This document shows, one piece after another, positions 13,675 to 27,771 of a DNA stretch of 64,000 nucleotides. The notes under the pieces were generated by a model. It worked only from the letters and a program-made list of their open reading frames with translations, was not told the origin of the DNA and made no database searches. A program made the translations under genes and the position numbers. Origin of the DNA: Octopus bimaculoides (taxonomy: Eukaryota); NCBI RefSeq assembly GCF_001194135.2, contig NC_068990.1:93472172-93536171 (forward strand), given 5' to 3'. The stretch's first letter is position 1, and each line of letters begins with the position of its first letter.

Positions 13675-14526
13675 AGGAGAAATTATACACACATACATAG
13701 ATAAATAGATTGATAGACAGATAAATAGATAGATAGCTACACACACACACACACATACATACATACATGCATACACACGTACATACATACATACACACAC
13801 ACACGCATGCATGCGTGTGTGTGTGTGTATGTATGTGTGTATAAATGCTTTGATTATTTCCTGCTCCTTATATAAAGAAGTGCAGAAGTAATGGAACAAA
13901 CCCTGCTGCTGGGAAGATATTTCAAAAATATTACCTCTGTATCACAAGAATTTATGTTTGATGATTGAACAATAAATATTATAATAAGTAATTAAATTGT
14001 TATAATGAATTGCTGTAATAAGTAATTAAAATAACAAAAAACAAAACAAAACCAGCAACAAAACAGAAAGCCAACGTATAAGATGGCTTTATAAGTGTTA
14101 TTATAATGACCCTCACTGCTGAGGAACTGTGTTGCTACATTGGTGTGGATGAGCAGCATGAAGCGTGTGGTGCCTGGTTATTTGGAGGTGAGCGAATCAC
14201 GACGCAATTATTGGTAGGCCTTACCCCCCCCCNNNNNNNNNNNNCACACACACACACACACCCACACAGGTAGAGGTGTCACCTTAAGTGTTTGCTCGTG
14301 AGTGTGAATGTCGTCTTGGAAACTATCAGTTTAGACAGCGTTTCTAATTGTCGCCTGGCTTTGAGCTGTGCGTGTGTGTGTGCAGGTGTGTGAGTGTGTC
14401 TGCGTGTGTGTGCACGCGTGTATGTGTGTCTGTGTAAACAGGCGTAGACGAACACACTGAATGTGTGTGTGTGTGTGTGTGTATGTACACACTTACAGAT
14501 ACAGATATATATGTACATGTGTGTAT

Positions 14527-14598
<72 letters not shown>

Positions 14599-15224
14599 TT
14601 CTGACACATTATATATAAACATTGACAAACACTGGAATCATGAGATATATTAAATCATTCACATATCTATGTATTTATGAATGTACATATACACACACCC
14701 TTATGTACATGCGCACATATATAAACACATAAACAGACACACACACACAGAGGCTGGTTATAAACTTTAGGAACACAACCACCAAGTCCACTTCTTAAAC
14801 ACACTCACAATGTTTAAGGATTGAAAAGTTTCATTCCAGTCATTCAGTCTTTAACAATGTTTCCAGTCGTAATCAAGTGGACCCCAAGGTTTACATGGCG
14901 TCAGTGATTGAAGACCAACTTAACTTCAACCACTTATATTACTCTCGACAGTAAATAAGTTTGTATTTATAACAAATTGATTATTCATTCTCATTAACTG
15001 AATGAAGACTTGATCGCACAGTGTTACCCAACAACTTGTCAACTTTCACTTTTCACTTCTTTTCTGCACTTTATTTTCCTAACTGAATTGCTTCTAAACA
15101 AGGGCAGAGTAGGTTGATCCCAGCTGATTTACTCAAGGCATTGCACATATTCAGTGAGGATTATTTAGGCAAGAAACAAGACCATCACCTTCTGGTTGTA
15201 GGGATCCTTCAGCTAACCCCTACC

Positions 15225-15413
15225 ATGGCTACTACTGTTTTATCTGGAAGACAAACAAATAGTTCGAAGCGATCTAAACATAAAAAGGACAAGCTTGTTG
15301 CTGATGTTGGCTCAGCAGACAGGAATGGACATACGGATCATCTGTTTTCAGTGGAACGTAAAGAAAATGACTGTCCCAGTGAACAAATGGAGATTTCTAC
15401 GGAAACCGAGATG
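15225..15413 (+). CDS. Candidate orphan gene, exon A (MATTVLSGRQTNSSKRSKHKK...STETEM)
   Basis: Strong Kozak accATGG, non-repetitive sequence, phase-0 donor ATG|gtaggt, pyrimidine tract and branch-like cctaac at about 15050-15102. True start is uncertain because the frame is open upstream to 15087. Confidence 0.55.
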
Positions 15414-15850
15414 GTAGGTGGCATTACATTATAAATCTACACACCGCATGTGTATATGTATATATATGTATATATGTAATCACAATAGAACTGGATGGTC
15501 AACATGTTTACTTTCTAACCACGACATCCCAGTCTAATATCATTTTCTGTAGCCTCAGGTTGACCTATAACTTGTGAATGAAATTGGGTGAATGGAAACT
15601 GCAAGGAAACCTGTCTGGGCAATTGCATCTGTAATTTAAAAGGTACAACCTTGCCACAGTGATTCTGCCTGAAAGTTATGCTAATAATGCATGTCTTCTG
15701 TGGAAAACCCAACCACTTATATCCTAATTCAGGAGCAGGTAATTTGGTAGATGAAACAACTGAATCTCCATCATCAAACAACTCATTCACCACATACACA
15801 CACACACACATGTATATATGTATGTGTATATATATGTGTGTGTGTATGTA

Positions 15851-16373
15851 ATAACTTTTTTGTCATGATAACATGGCTGTTCTATACTTCATTTTAATTC
15901 CACAAAAGCGTCTTTTCAAGCTGAGTTAACAACACACAACCTGTGTCCTCTATATTGTGAGTAAGAGAGCAAATAACTCCCATCCAGCTTGGCAAGACTA
16001 GCAGACCATGGTTTCTGGGTTTTACCCTTCATCGGTACTGGATAGCTGCCTGCTAGAGATGGCAGTCAATCATCCCTACTCCCAATATATAAACAGAGAA
16101 ATGGCAGACAGCCACTGATCTCATAACAAGCAAAACAGCTAGTTTTAACCCCAGGAAAACGTCTTTTCCAGTACCAATGAAGGATAAAGACCCAGAGACC
16201 ATGGTCTACTGGTCATGCCAAGCTAGAGGCTAGTGAATCGCTCCATTACTCACAATATATTGGACACAGCTTGTGTGTTGTTGAGCAGCTGGAAAAGACG
16301 TTTTCCTGGGGTTAAAAAGTAGTAACGTAGTTCTTTATAGAACAGCCATGTTTTAGTGACAAAAAAATGTTAC
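15851..16373. mobile_element. Foldback element with ~200-bp inverted arms and a nested perfect 29-bp inverted repeat
   Basis: Arms about 15851-16043 and 16167-16373 are reverse-complementary. 16143-16171 is the exact reverse complement of 16289-16317. Confidence 0.8.
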
Positions 16374-17108
16374 CGTCTCGTATTGTTACTACTTATATCC
16401 CATCTAGAGATTTTAAAAACTACCTATTTTGCTTGTGTGTGTGTATATATATATATATATATGCATCATAAACAAATATTCAAAACTTAGAAAGCTAGTA
16501 ACAGGAAGAGTGTTTATATTGTCATGTTTTATTAATATGGTTTTCTTTATATAAAAAAATTTATACATCATCGAATTGCATGTTGTGAGGCAACAGTACA
16601 TACATAGACGTATGTGTGTGTGTGCTGGTGTGTGTGTGTGCGTGGGGTGTGTGTGTGTTTATGCTTACTGTCTACAAAAAACAGTTTCTCTATTGTAAAC
16701 ATTAGCATGATGAATACATGTACACACATACACACGCACTCATTCACTCACACAACATCCATGCACACGCATACACAATGCACACGCATACACAATGCAC
16801 ACGCATACACAATGCACACTTAATGAATAACAGTTTTACATTTTAATGTAAAAAAATCTACTTTAGTAAATAAACTTTGTTGTGTTTTTTTCACACAAAT
16901 AAATTTAATCCTTTTGTGTCGCATTAAAATGTCAAAGTGAGAAGAAGAGGGTCAGAAGAGAGTGATCCGAAGGGTGTCCAGGTGATTGTTACAGAACAAG
17001 GAAACACAGGGACTGAGAGTGAGGCCACAAAACAGATCTGACCAAAATTTTTAAATCTGAAAAAACAATAACAAAAAACAACAACAACAAAATAAAACAA
17101 ATAGACAC

Positions 17109-17498
17109 AGGTGCACCTGTGTGGTAAGAAGCTTGCTTACCAACTACATGGTTCCGGGTTCAATCCCACTGTGTGGCACCTTGGGCAAGTGTCTTCTACT
17201 ATAGCCTTGGACCAACCAAAGCCTTGTGAGTGGATTTGGTAGACAGAAACTGAAAGAAGCCTGTTGTGTATGTGTGTGTGTGTGTGTATTTTGTGTCTGT
17301 GTTTGTCCCCCTTCCCATTGCTTGACAACTGATGTTGGTATGGTTTATGTCCCCGAAACTTAGCAGTTTGTCAAAAAAGACTGATAGAATAAGTACTAGG
17401 CTTACAAGGAATAAGTCCTGGGGTTGATTTGTTCAACTTTCTGTGCTCCAGCATGGCCACAGTCAAATGACTGAAATGTGTAAACGAGTCAAAGAGTA
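17109..17498 (+). mobile_element. SINE group B, full length. Other copies near 6572-6745(-), 31578-32050(+), 35865-35968(+), 43490-43650(-), 45090-45200(-), 48160-48316(-), 57110-57260(+), 57275-57470(-)
   Basis: Same consensus as 52893-53268. Confidence 0.8.
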
Positions 17499-18330
17499 AA
17501 TGGTTTTAATCAAATTCCCTAACACATACATGTTTATTCAAATGCACATATACATTCACATACATAATATACCAATACACAAACACACATATAAATACAC
17601 ACACACACACCCATGTATCTCCACTACAGCAAGACACTTGTTCCTCTCCCTCTATCATAATATAACCTCTCCTCACCTGGCATTAAGCCACTTCCCTCAA
17701 TGTTACACCCCAGGGCCACATAAAAATACACTTTGTAGACCTGTAAATTAGCTGGGATTAGGAAAGGAGTCCAAGCAAACTATCCAGCAGATGTTAAATG
17801 ATGATGGTGGTGATGGTGGTGGTCTATTCTGTTCCACCAAATAATTAATTTGTGTTTACTGTTTACATAATAGCTGACATAATTATTTATCATGTGGTTC
17901 TGTAGTAGAACTAATGAGTTCGTCTTGTTTTAAGGGCAAAAATGTTCAAGGTCTTTGGATCCAATCCTTTGAAATATTTTCTTCCTATTAGACAAGTCTA
18001 TAAAATGCATCTCCCGTTGATGCCAATTTTGAATATTGGTTTCAGTATGTTTCTTATAAAATTCTGCTATTTATGACACCATGGTTGCAAAATATGATAT
18101 TATAATCATTGCCAGGTGGTGCTACTAAGTCAGACATGGCCTGGCCAAAACCTATCAAAGTTATTCTAATGTTTGTAGCAATTTGATTAATTATTGATTC
18201 AAGCAGCTGCTGCACAGACAAATTGTTTCGTTAACTGTTTTCTATGAAATGTATTTTGATCACCTGCTAGCATACAATATGTCTACGTGTATATATACAT
18301 GTATAACTATCTGCCTACCTACCTATCTAC

Positions 18331-18373
<43 letters not shown>

Positions 18374-18397
18374 CCTCTCTGCCTATCTAACTATATA

Positions 18398-18431
<34 letters not shown>

Positions 18432-18990
18432 NNNNNNNNNNNNNNNNNNNNNNNNNNNNNNNNNNNNNNNNNNNNNNNNNNNNNNNNNNNNNNNNNNNNN
18501 NNNNNNNNNNNNNNNNNNNNNNNNNNNNNNNNNNNNNNNNNNNNNNNNNNNNNNNNNNNNNNNNNNNNNNNNNNNNNNNNNNNNNNNNNNNNNNNNNNNN
18601 NNNNNNNNNNNNNNNNNNNNNNNNNNNNNNNNNNNNNNNNNNNNNNNNNNNNNNNNNNNNNNNNNNNNNNNNNNNNNNNNNNNNNNNNNNNNNNNNNNNN
18701 NNNNNNNNNNNNNNNNNNNNNNNNNNNNNNNNNNNNNNNNNNNNNNNNNNNNNNNNNNNNNNNNNNNNNNNNNNNNNNNNNNNNNNNNNNNNNNNNNNNN
18801 NNNNNNNNNNNNNNNNNNNNNNNNNNNNNNNNNNNNNNNNNNNNNNNNNNNNNNNNNNNNNNNNNNNNNNNNNNNNNNNNNNNNNNNNNNNNNNNNNNNN
18901 NNNNNNNNNNNNNNNNNNNNNNNNNNNNNNNNNNNNATATATATATATATACATCGAAATAATATATATTGATAGAAAAGGTAAGACAAC

Positions 18991-19030
<40 letters not shown>

Positions 19031-20774
19031 GTGAATGTGTGTGTGTGTGTGTGTGTAAGAAGAGAAAAGAGGAGAGAAGAAGGAGAGCTAGCTCCCAAAA
19101 CACTCAGCTAAAAACCTGTGATGGTGGTGCCCCAGCATCGTTGCAGTCCAAACAATGGCAACCAAACAAGAAAAGAATACGCTGACATGTCTACAAATGC
19201 CAAGTGTTGTTTATGCGTAACCTGATCTTGTCACTTCATTAAGAAACCAGATCATAATCTGTCGTCAACATCAAATCTAATTAAATCTGTATTTCTTTTG
19301 AGTTGACACACCTAACGGTGGAGGCCAGGTGTCACCAAATGAAACAGTAGCAGGGGCAGGCCTTTAGTTTCTCTAATTTGGACAGCAGAGGAGGAAAGCT
19401 AATGACAGGAGTCTAAACTAGAAACCAAATCTTACGGGATACTAGGTCAGGCAGTGTTCTACTGGCCCCTCTGTATCCCCTTGCCAGGTAGATTTTAGTG
19501 AAGAATAATAACATGCAAACACACAAACACACACGCATGCACACACATATGTATGTTTGCATCTATATATACACGTATATAAATATATGTATCTCAATAG
19601 GGTTAAATGTGGTGTTTAAGAAAATATTAAGTATTAATTATCATATCAAGGCATGAAACAATGTGGTCAATGTGTTGGGCTCCTAATCACAAGTGTGGGT
19701 TTGTTTTCTGGCCTGGGTGACACTTTGTGTCCTCTATCGCAACCCTTTGTTCCATGTTGCTTCAGCCTATTCATCTAGAAATGAGTGCTGGTGTGGTGCC
19801 CTTTCCCATCATTGGTCACTTGCTAGCAAAGGCTTGGGAACATGGGGTGCAGGAGATGCAAACGCACCCCCTAAAATTTTTAGCTGATGCAAAATCAAAA
19901 TTTGCACCCCCTTCATTACTTTGCCAGGTTTGACCTGACAGAGATTAAAGAAACATTGACAATTCTGGCTGTCAGTCAGTCACATTGCAAATACCTGCTG
20001 ATAAAACAATAGCCATTGTGTTGGTGGCAGATTTAAGACAACACAAAACATTGCAACCAAAAATATGAGTTTTACATCCTGTTGGCAATTCTCGTCACTG
20101 AACTACAAACAAACCTCAAACTCATACGACTGCTCTTTTCAAAAGCAGAATATTCTTTGAACATTTTTGATTAATGGTGAACTTTGTAGTGTTCAGAGCC
20201 ATGGCTTTAAAGCAACAAATGCATTGTTATAACATTAAATGTTGTTGCTTGAGAATAAGAACATGATAACAGAGCAGCTGTGTGATATTTTGGTCCAACA
20301 CTAATTGACAAAAATAGCAAGATCATGAAGAATACCAGAGCAGCTGAGAACTTGCAACTGTAGAGGAATTGTCAAATGGCCAGAACTTGAAGAATTATTA
20401 TAGACATGTGGAAGACCAAAGATATTTGGGTGTTTCAGTATCTAGCAAAATGGCAATTTACCATTGAAGACTAAAAGCAGCAAAGAGTGACTGGAATAAT
20501 TTATTTTAGAGGATTGACATAATGGTGTGGCAGATCTGTGAGTAGAAGTAGCTTTTGTGTGAAAATTAGAATGAGAAAAACACAACAATTGTCCACGAAA
20601 TGAACTTGTTAAGTTTTATTGTGTGATTAATACAAAACAATGAAATAATTTAGAACTTTTGAAGATAGCAGACATGGATTCAGTCTTGCAGACATTTGAA
20701 ATAGCATCAAACAAGATGTTAGAATAAAAAGCTGTTAAATTGGCAATAAAGTATCTCAGCATATCCCTTTTTTA

Positions 20775-20818
<44 letters not shown>

Positions 20819-21319
20819 GTAGTAAGACCTAGGATTTGAACTCCATTCTTTAAAAATAGAAATAATATATTTCTAAATCTCCCAGAAAGATTTATGCAGT
20901 AGCAGTACGATAAAGTGATAGTATGTTGTCAACCGTCTCTGATAGTTTAGTATTCATCGAGCTTCATCAACATCCACAGTAATTACACTAAATCACATAA
21001 TTGTGGTTTGGTAAATAATCCTGTAAGGTTCTTCAGGTGTGCCTCAGGTGTGACTCAAATGCATTTTATCCGGTTGACACAAAACACAGTCGCTCTGATA
21101 TACATGTAAATACTTGTAAAAGTGTATCAGTGCAGACGAACGCATATTGCTATGCTTGCTTAAGCATGTGTGTATGTAAATATACACCTCTACCTATGGA
21201 TTATTACATATATGTGTGTGTGTGTGTGTATTAATATAAAATGGTGATTATGCTGTGTCAGTCCATATTGGACATTCTTAGATTTCCGGTTGAAGTCTTT
21301 TGCTTGTTGGTTCAGTTAT

Positions 21320-21369
21320 AATCAATAGATTAGTTTAATCAATAGATTAGTTTAATCAATAGATTGGTT
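21320..21369. repeat. 17-bp tandem triplication AATCAATAGATTAGTTT
   Basis: Direct inspection. Confidence 0.9.
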
Positions 21370-22790
21370 AATTAGTGTTGCTAATGGGAATTATAAGTGG
21401 ATGGCAGATGCATCTCAGTGGGAGTCAAACCCTTACCCTAACCCTTATCTCTATCACAGTCACTCCAAGGTTCAGTTCCAGCTCTAATATTGATTCTCTT
21501 ATCTCTAGGACTCTACTTGAGTAAACTGATTTCAGAATATTTCTGGTACTAATTGGTCATGGGCAGATCATCCTCATCATCATCATCGTCATCATCCCCC
21601 TCATCATCATCCTCATCATCATCATCATTGTCATCATCATTGCCATTACTTAGTGTCTGTATTCTATGCTGGCATGGGTCGGATGGTTTGACAGGATCCA
21701 ACATGTCAGAGGAGAACATCTAGCTCTCATGTCTGTTTCTGCATGGTTTTTTTTTTTTTTCCATTTGGATGCCCTTTCTATTGCCAACCAGCTTACAGAG
21801 TATACTAGGTGCTTTTTTTTCATTGCACTCACTCTGGTGGGGTCACCAAGTAGCTTGCATGACAAGACTCTTTGATTGAGTGAGGCATAGAATTGAGGAA
21901 GGTCCTGAAAAGCGAGAGGAATGGGAGAGCAAGGAATAGGAACAGGTGTATTAAAGGAGAGAGAGAGATGGCTGCTCCAGCTGGAAAAGAAGCAAAGAAG
22001 ATGGTGTCGATGAGGTGTCTGGATATACACCTCAAGGCACAAGAGGGTAAATGTGAGGGTAATGGGAACAGAGAATCGTCGACTTTCAAGACATTTTAGC
22101 AATGGACACAGAGTGAAGATCTCCACAGATATAGCTACAGGTTTAGTTTGGAAACACCATGAGTGTGTTCACTTAATCATTTCTTAAATTGCATTTAAGT
22201 GTAACTGAAGGCACCAGTAGGTATTTTTTGAAACATTTTTTTAAAAGTTAGGTATGATGTCTTAATTTTAATTTTACAAGTAATTTATCTTTTGTGTGCT
22301 GTTTATATTCTGAATATAGTTATATTTGTATCTTTCTAACTCCTGGGTGGGGTGGGGGTGGGGGGATTCTGTGGCACCAGAGGTACAGAATTTTGTCTGT
22401 TTATCTGTTTGATCTCCATTTGTGCCATCTTTCTTATTTTCCTGAAGATTGATATCAATGTTTTTTGGAAAAAAATTTCCTCTTCACCTGTTTCCATTGT
22501 TTGACGCTGAGTCTTCAGCTTGGCTTTTATAGTTAGATGCCCTTTCTAATATCTACCACTTTACAGAGTGTCCCAGATGCGCTTTTGTAGTACCACCATT
22601 TGAGAGAAATTGTTCTCAAATTTACAGAAAACAAAAGATGAAGATAGGTGAAGGAATGAGCAGGTGTGTTAGTTTAACACCTGGGGAAAATGGAAAAGTC
22701 TTTGATGTTTTGAGCCTAGGCTCTTTGATAGAAAGGATTGAGAGGAAAAAATGGAGAGAGAAAAAAATATGTAGGGATTAACGGTTCAAC

Positions 22791-22837
<47 letters not shown>

Positions 22838-22841
<4 letters not shown>

Positions 22842-22950
22842 CAACAAACAGATGTATCAGTTTAATGCTTGGGGAGTGAGAAAGTGTTTTACGTTTCGAG
22901 CCTACGCTCTTCAACAGAAAGGAACTCAGAAATAAACAGGGAGAGAAAAT
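22838..22950 (-). mobile_element. Dispersed repeat copy 2 with hammerhead-like motif (22885-22922)
   Basis: Minus strand TTT-CTGTTGA-A-GAGC-GTAG-GCTC-GAAAC-GTA-AAA; abuts (TATG)n. Confidence 0.55.
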
Positions 22951-24115
22951 TGGAAAAGGTTTGATGTTACTCTCAGATCCTGTCAAGCACTCTCACTCAT
23001 GTTAGTCAGATCCTATCAAACCATTCAGCCTATACCAGCAAGGACTGTAGGTATTAAATGATGATGATGATGTATGTATGTATCTATGTATGTATTTAAT
23101 GTAGGCTGGTAGGTGTGTAATGTAGGTCGATGGGTAAGTGTGTATGTTTGTGTGTCTGTTGCTGCATATCAGGTGTGTGTAGAAGTGTGTCTCTGTGTCA
23201 AGCTGATCCAGTGTGTTGTCAAAGCAATTTTATCGGTTGCTAGAATGGACACATTGAAGTTTGTATATCCAGCACAAGCATGCATGATTGAGCAGGATGT
23301 GTGCGAGTGTTTTATAACAGTGTTGGAGGTAATGAAAAATGCATAGACACAGAAAGGAAACTTAAATATATACACATATATATATAGAGAGAGAGAGGGG
23401 GGAGAGAGGAAGAGGAAGCAGTGTGAAGAGAGGGAGAGAGGGTGAGAGAGAAATATAAAAGGAGACTTATCAGGAAAGGGAAGAAGACAGAGTGAGAGAG
23501 GTTGATGGGATTCTATAATGATATAAATGTCTTAAGAGAAGTGAAATGTATCATTTCCCTGTGAAATATTCATTCCCTGAGAAGTTGTGACACCATTCAG
23601 TCTTGTCGTGTCCATCTTCCATCAACAGTGAAATACTTCCGAAGAGGATTTATCTACAAATAAGCATCAAGATAAATTTCAAGAAGTTTAATATCTCTCT
23701 TGGTAGTAAGATTCAAGACCTGGCTGTAGAAAACGGTCCTTCCATTGCTTTCAGCCAGGAAATATTTCATTTTTCTGGGAAGACAAGATTACCTCGGTGC
23801 TATGTTTTATGGAACAAAGGTAACATTCTAAGATGCTGTTGTTGTTGTTGTTGTTGTTGTTATTGTTGTTGTTTGTTATTTTACTAATGTACAGGCACAA
23901 CACACATGCACACGTGCATGCATATACATTCACACACACACACACAAATGCACACACAAATGCACACACACACACAACTGCACATATATATATATAAACA
24001 TACAGTTATCCAGGGTGACTGGTAAATTCCACCACGGAAAGTTCCACTAGATAAATTTCACTATAGGTAAATTCCACCATGGTGTACTCCACTATAGTAA
24101 ATTTCACCATAGGTG

Positions 24116-24840
<725 letters not shown>

Positions 24841-25084
24841 TAGATGGAGTGTTCACTACAGTCTGTAGTGGACATCTATTAGGATGTAAAACTGATATGT
24901 CAATTTTTGCCCTGACGAGATTTTTACCTTCTAAATTCATAATACAATTTTTAATTGTAAAATGTGAATGAAGGTAGATATTGAAATGCACGCAGGCGTT
25001 ATGATATTGACTATTATATAAATAAATTGATTTTGCTGTGTTCAAACTCTCCATTTTCTTTATTTTATATTTCTTTGTATTATG

Positions 25085-25211
25085 TGTGTGTGTGTGCGTG
25101 TGTGTGCCAAATCAGACTGGAGTCTGGTGCAGCCTTCCAGTGTGCCAGTCCAGTCAAACTGTCCAACCCATGCCAGCATGGACAACAGATGTTAAATGAT
25201 GATGATGATGA

Positions 25212-25249
<38 letters not shown>

Positions 25250-25897
25250 CATGCCCTTCCACTTTGCCACCACTGATCTCTCCCTGGCTCTCCTCTACCG
25301 TTCCATTTATATTCTGATCCCCAATCCTTGTGAGCATGCCCTGGCACTTCACCATCATCTCTCTCCTGCTCTCTCTCACTCTTGCTCTCTCCCACTCTCC
25401 CTCTTTCTCTTGCTCTCTCTCCCACTCTCCCTCTTTCTCTTGTGCTCTCCCACTCTCTTACTGACCTCAATCTTGATCACTCTTTCTCACCCCCTCCTCT
25501 CTCTCTTTTTCTCCAATGTATCTCCTCTACAGCAAGACACCTGTTTCTGTCTCCCTGTCGCACTCTAACCTTTCATCATCTGGCACAAGATCCCCCCCTC
25601 CTCCAATGTCCCAAACTCACCTCTCAAAGGTTCTTTGTCTTGCAACTTACTTGGTGACCCTGCCAGTGCTGGTGCCACATAAAAAGCATTGAGTCCACAC
25701 TGTGAAGTGGTTGGCATTTGGAAGGGCATCCAACTGTAAAAACCATGGCAAAACTGACTTTGCCCATGCTGGTGCCATGTAAAAAGCACTCAGTCCACTC
25801 CATGGAGTGAGTGAAGCTTGATGCAGTCTTCTGCTGAACCAACCCCTGTCAAACTAGCCAACCCATGCCAGCATGAAAAGCAGACATTAAATGTTGG

Positions 25898-25931
<34 letters not shown>

Positions 25932-26310
25932 ATATATGTATGTATGTATGCATGTATGCAAAGTTGTTTAAAATCCATACGTCAGAAAGAATAGGCACTT
26001 ATATATTTATCGAAAGAGTGAGTATGTTAATCAAAGTATCCAGTATTATTGATCCATTTCAGCTGATCTTACCAAGTGCTTTCACACAGTGTGAAGCCAT
26101 TTATTAAGATCAGCTATAACAGATCTATAATACTGTATATTATGATTTATATGTGTGTGTGTGTGTGCGTGTGTGTGTGTGTACATGGTTGCAGGCAAGC
26201 ATTCATTTCTATTTACATGTGCACGTTGCCATCCGGTTTCACCAGTCCTCAGTCAAATCGTCCAACCCATGCTAGCATGGAAAGCAGACGTTAAACGACG
26301 ATGATGATGT
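25085..26310 (+). mobile_element. Cluster of three RTE-type 3' ends (about 25085-25212, 25625-25930, 26225-26310) plus an unclassified pyrimidine-rich repeat
   Basis: Each ends ccaacccatgc(c/t)agcatg(g)a..(gat)n. Confidence 0.7.
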
Positions 26311-26513
26311 ATGCATGCGTCCATGCATAATGCATACCCCATTCATGTTGACAATAGATTCTAATGGAAGAGCATTGATTCTGGGGTAGAAACTTTTTCT
26401 TTTTTTTTTTCACATTGGTGAGACATCAAAAGAAAATAAATGTGAAAAATACATACCTACCCACAAGCATACATACATAATACATACAAACATACACACA
26501 AACATCAATGCAC

Positions 26514-26558
<45 letters not shown>

Positions 26559-26629
26559 TAGTGATAGCATGACAACAAAAGAATGAAAGTGACCACATAC
26601 ATCACAACCATGTGCATGACATCATGATC

Positions 26630-26960
26630 TCATATCAAGATTAACAGGGCATGACCTTGCAGGTGGGGGCCCAGTTGGAATTTTCTTCAGGTCGAGTAGC
26701 CCATCCTGCTCAAAAGGTCCCTGAATAAGGGTTGTTTAAGGATGTTGAACAAAACACACAGTTTCCAGAAGTGAATTATCCAAACCCCAAAGAATTCCTC
26801 TCAAGACATGGCTATGATGCTCCCCCACTACTTCTGCTCATGATCAGAGATGCACATATCATCAGTCACTAAGGGACATTTCTCAACTGGTTAAGATCAA
26901 ACAACTGACAAGCAAATCTGTGGTATAGGGCAGAATATTTGTTGTAGCCCATCTTTTATA
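26630..26960. repeat. Unclassified interspersed repeat, partly shared with about 9705-9870
   Basis: Shared segment ctcaactggttaag(g/a)tcaaacaa..gacaagcaaatctgtggtat..gcagaatatttg.tgtagcccatcttttatac. Confidence 0.65.
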
Positions 26961-27009
26961 CACACACACACACAAACACACACACACAAATATATATATA
27001 TATATATAT

Positions 27010-27047
<38 letters not shown>

Positions 27048-27086
27048 ATATATATATATATATATATACATATATATATTTTCCAG

Positions 27087-27176
27087 AATTCCACCTCACA
27101 AGAGGAGTCAGAGCCGAAGAGTTCAAGAAAAAAGAAACGGACAGGATGGAAATCCATAAAGAAAGGAGTGTCAGAG
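27087..27176 (+). CDS. Candidate orphan gene, exon B (NSTSQEESEPKSSRKKKRTGWKSIKKGVSE)
   Basis: ttttccag| acceptor, GAG|gtatgt donor, 90 nt, phase 0/0, purine-rich unique island between repeats. Too short for the ORF track. Confidence 0.6.
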
Positions 27177-27249
27177 GTATGTTGTCATTTGCTGATGTCC
27201 AGGTCTGGTTAGCCATATCGAATGAAAGGGAATGTTTAGAATGATTTAG

Positions 27250-27735
27250 GATATCATGTCTTGATTATAACAGCCTGTATGTTGCATATTATGAACTTTG
27301 GGCCTCACAGAGGCAGTGACAAGCGACCGAGACTTTTGGTAATATACTGTGCTTGAGAAGACCCATGAAGCCAAGCGAGATTGTGGCCGAGGCTGATGCC
27401 AGTGTCGCATAACTGGCAGCCAGGCTGGTAGCACATAAGAAACACCTTTTGAATGATAGGTAATACACTGTGCTTGAGAAGACCCGTCAAGCCGTGGCTG
27501 GGGCCGGTGTTTCATAACTGACAACCATACCAGTGGCACATAAAATGCACCCACTACACTCTTGGAGTGGTTGGCATTAAGAAGGGCATCCAGCCATAGA
27601 AACCATTCCAAATCAGATTGGAACCTGGTGCAGCTCCCCGGCTTACCAGTTTTCAGTCAAACTGTCCAACCCATGCCAGCATGGAAAACGGACATTAAAT
27701 GATGATGATGATGATGATGACGATGATGATGATGA
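27250..27735 (+). mobile_element. RTE-type 3' end with (GAT)n tail; longest copy in window, with internal duplication
   Basis: tgtgcttgagaagaccc occurs twice, then gagtggttggc..aagggcatccag..ccaacccatgccagcatggaaa..gacattaaa(tga)n. Confidence 0.75.
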
Positions 27736-27771
27736 TATATGTATATCTGATATGTAACATATTTTCTTCAG

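Noticed and set aside
14100-14192. Possible 5'UTR exon ending GGAG|gtgagc
   Set aside because: Donor match alone; no acceptor or TSS evidence, and it is next to a gap.
16931-17041. Protein-like frame VKVRRRGSEESDPKGVQVIVTEQ...
   Set aside because: Bounded by stops, with no usable acceptor with a pyrimidine tract in a compatible phase.
19842-20520. Possible hAT terminus and transposase relic
   Set aside because: One terminus-like segment only, with no partner TIR, TSD or readable transposase motif.
21428-21446. Telomere-like ccctaaccct
   Set aside because: Only one true unit; not an array.
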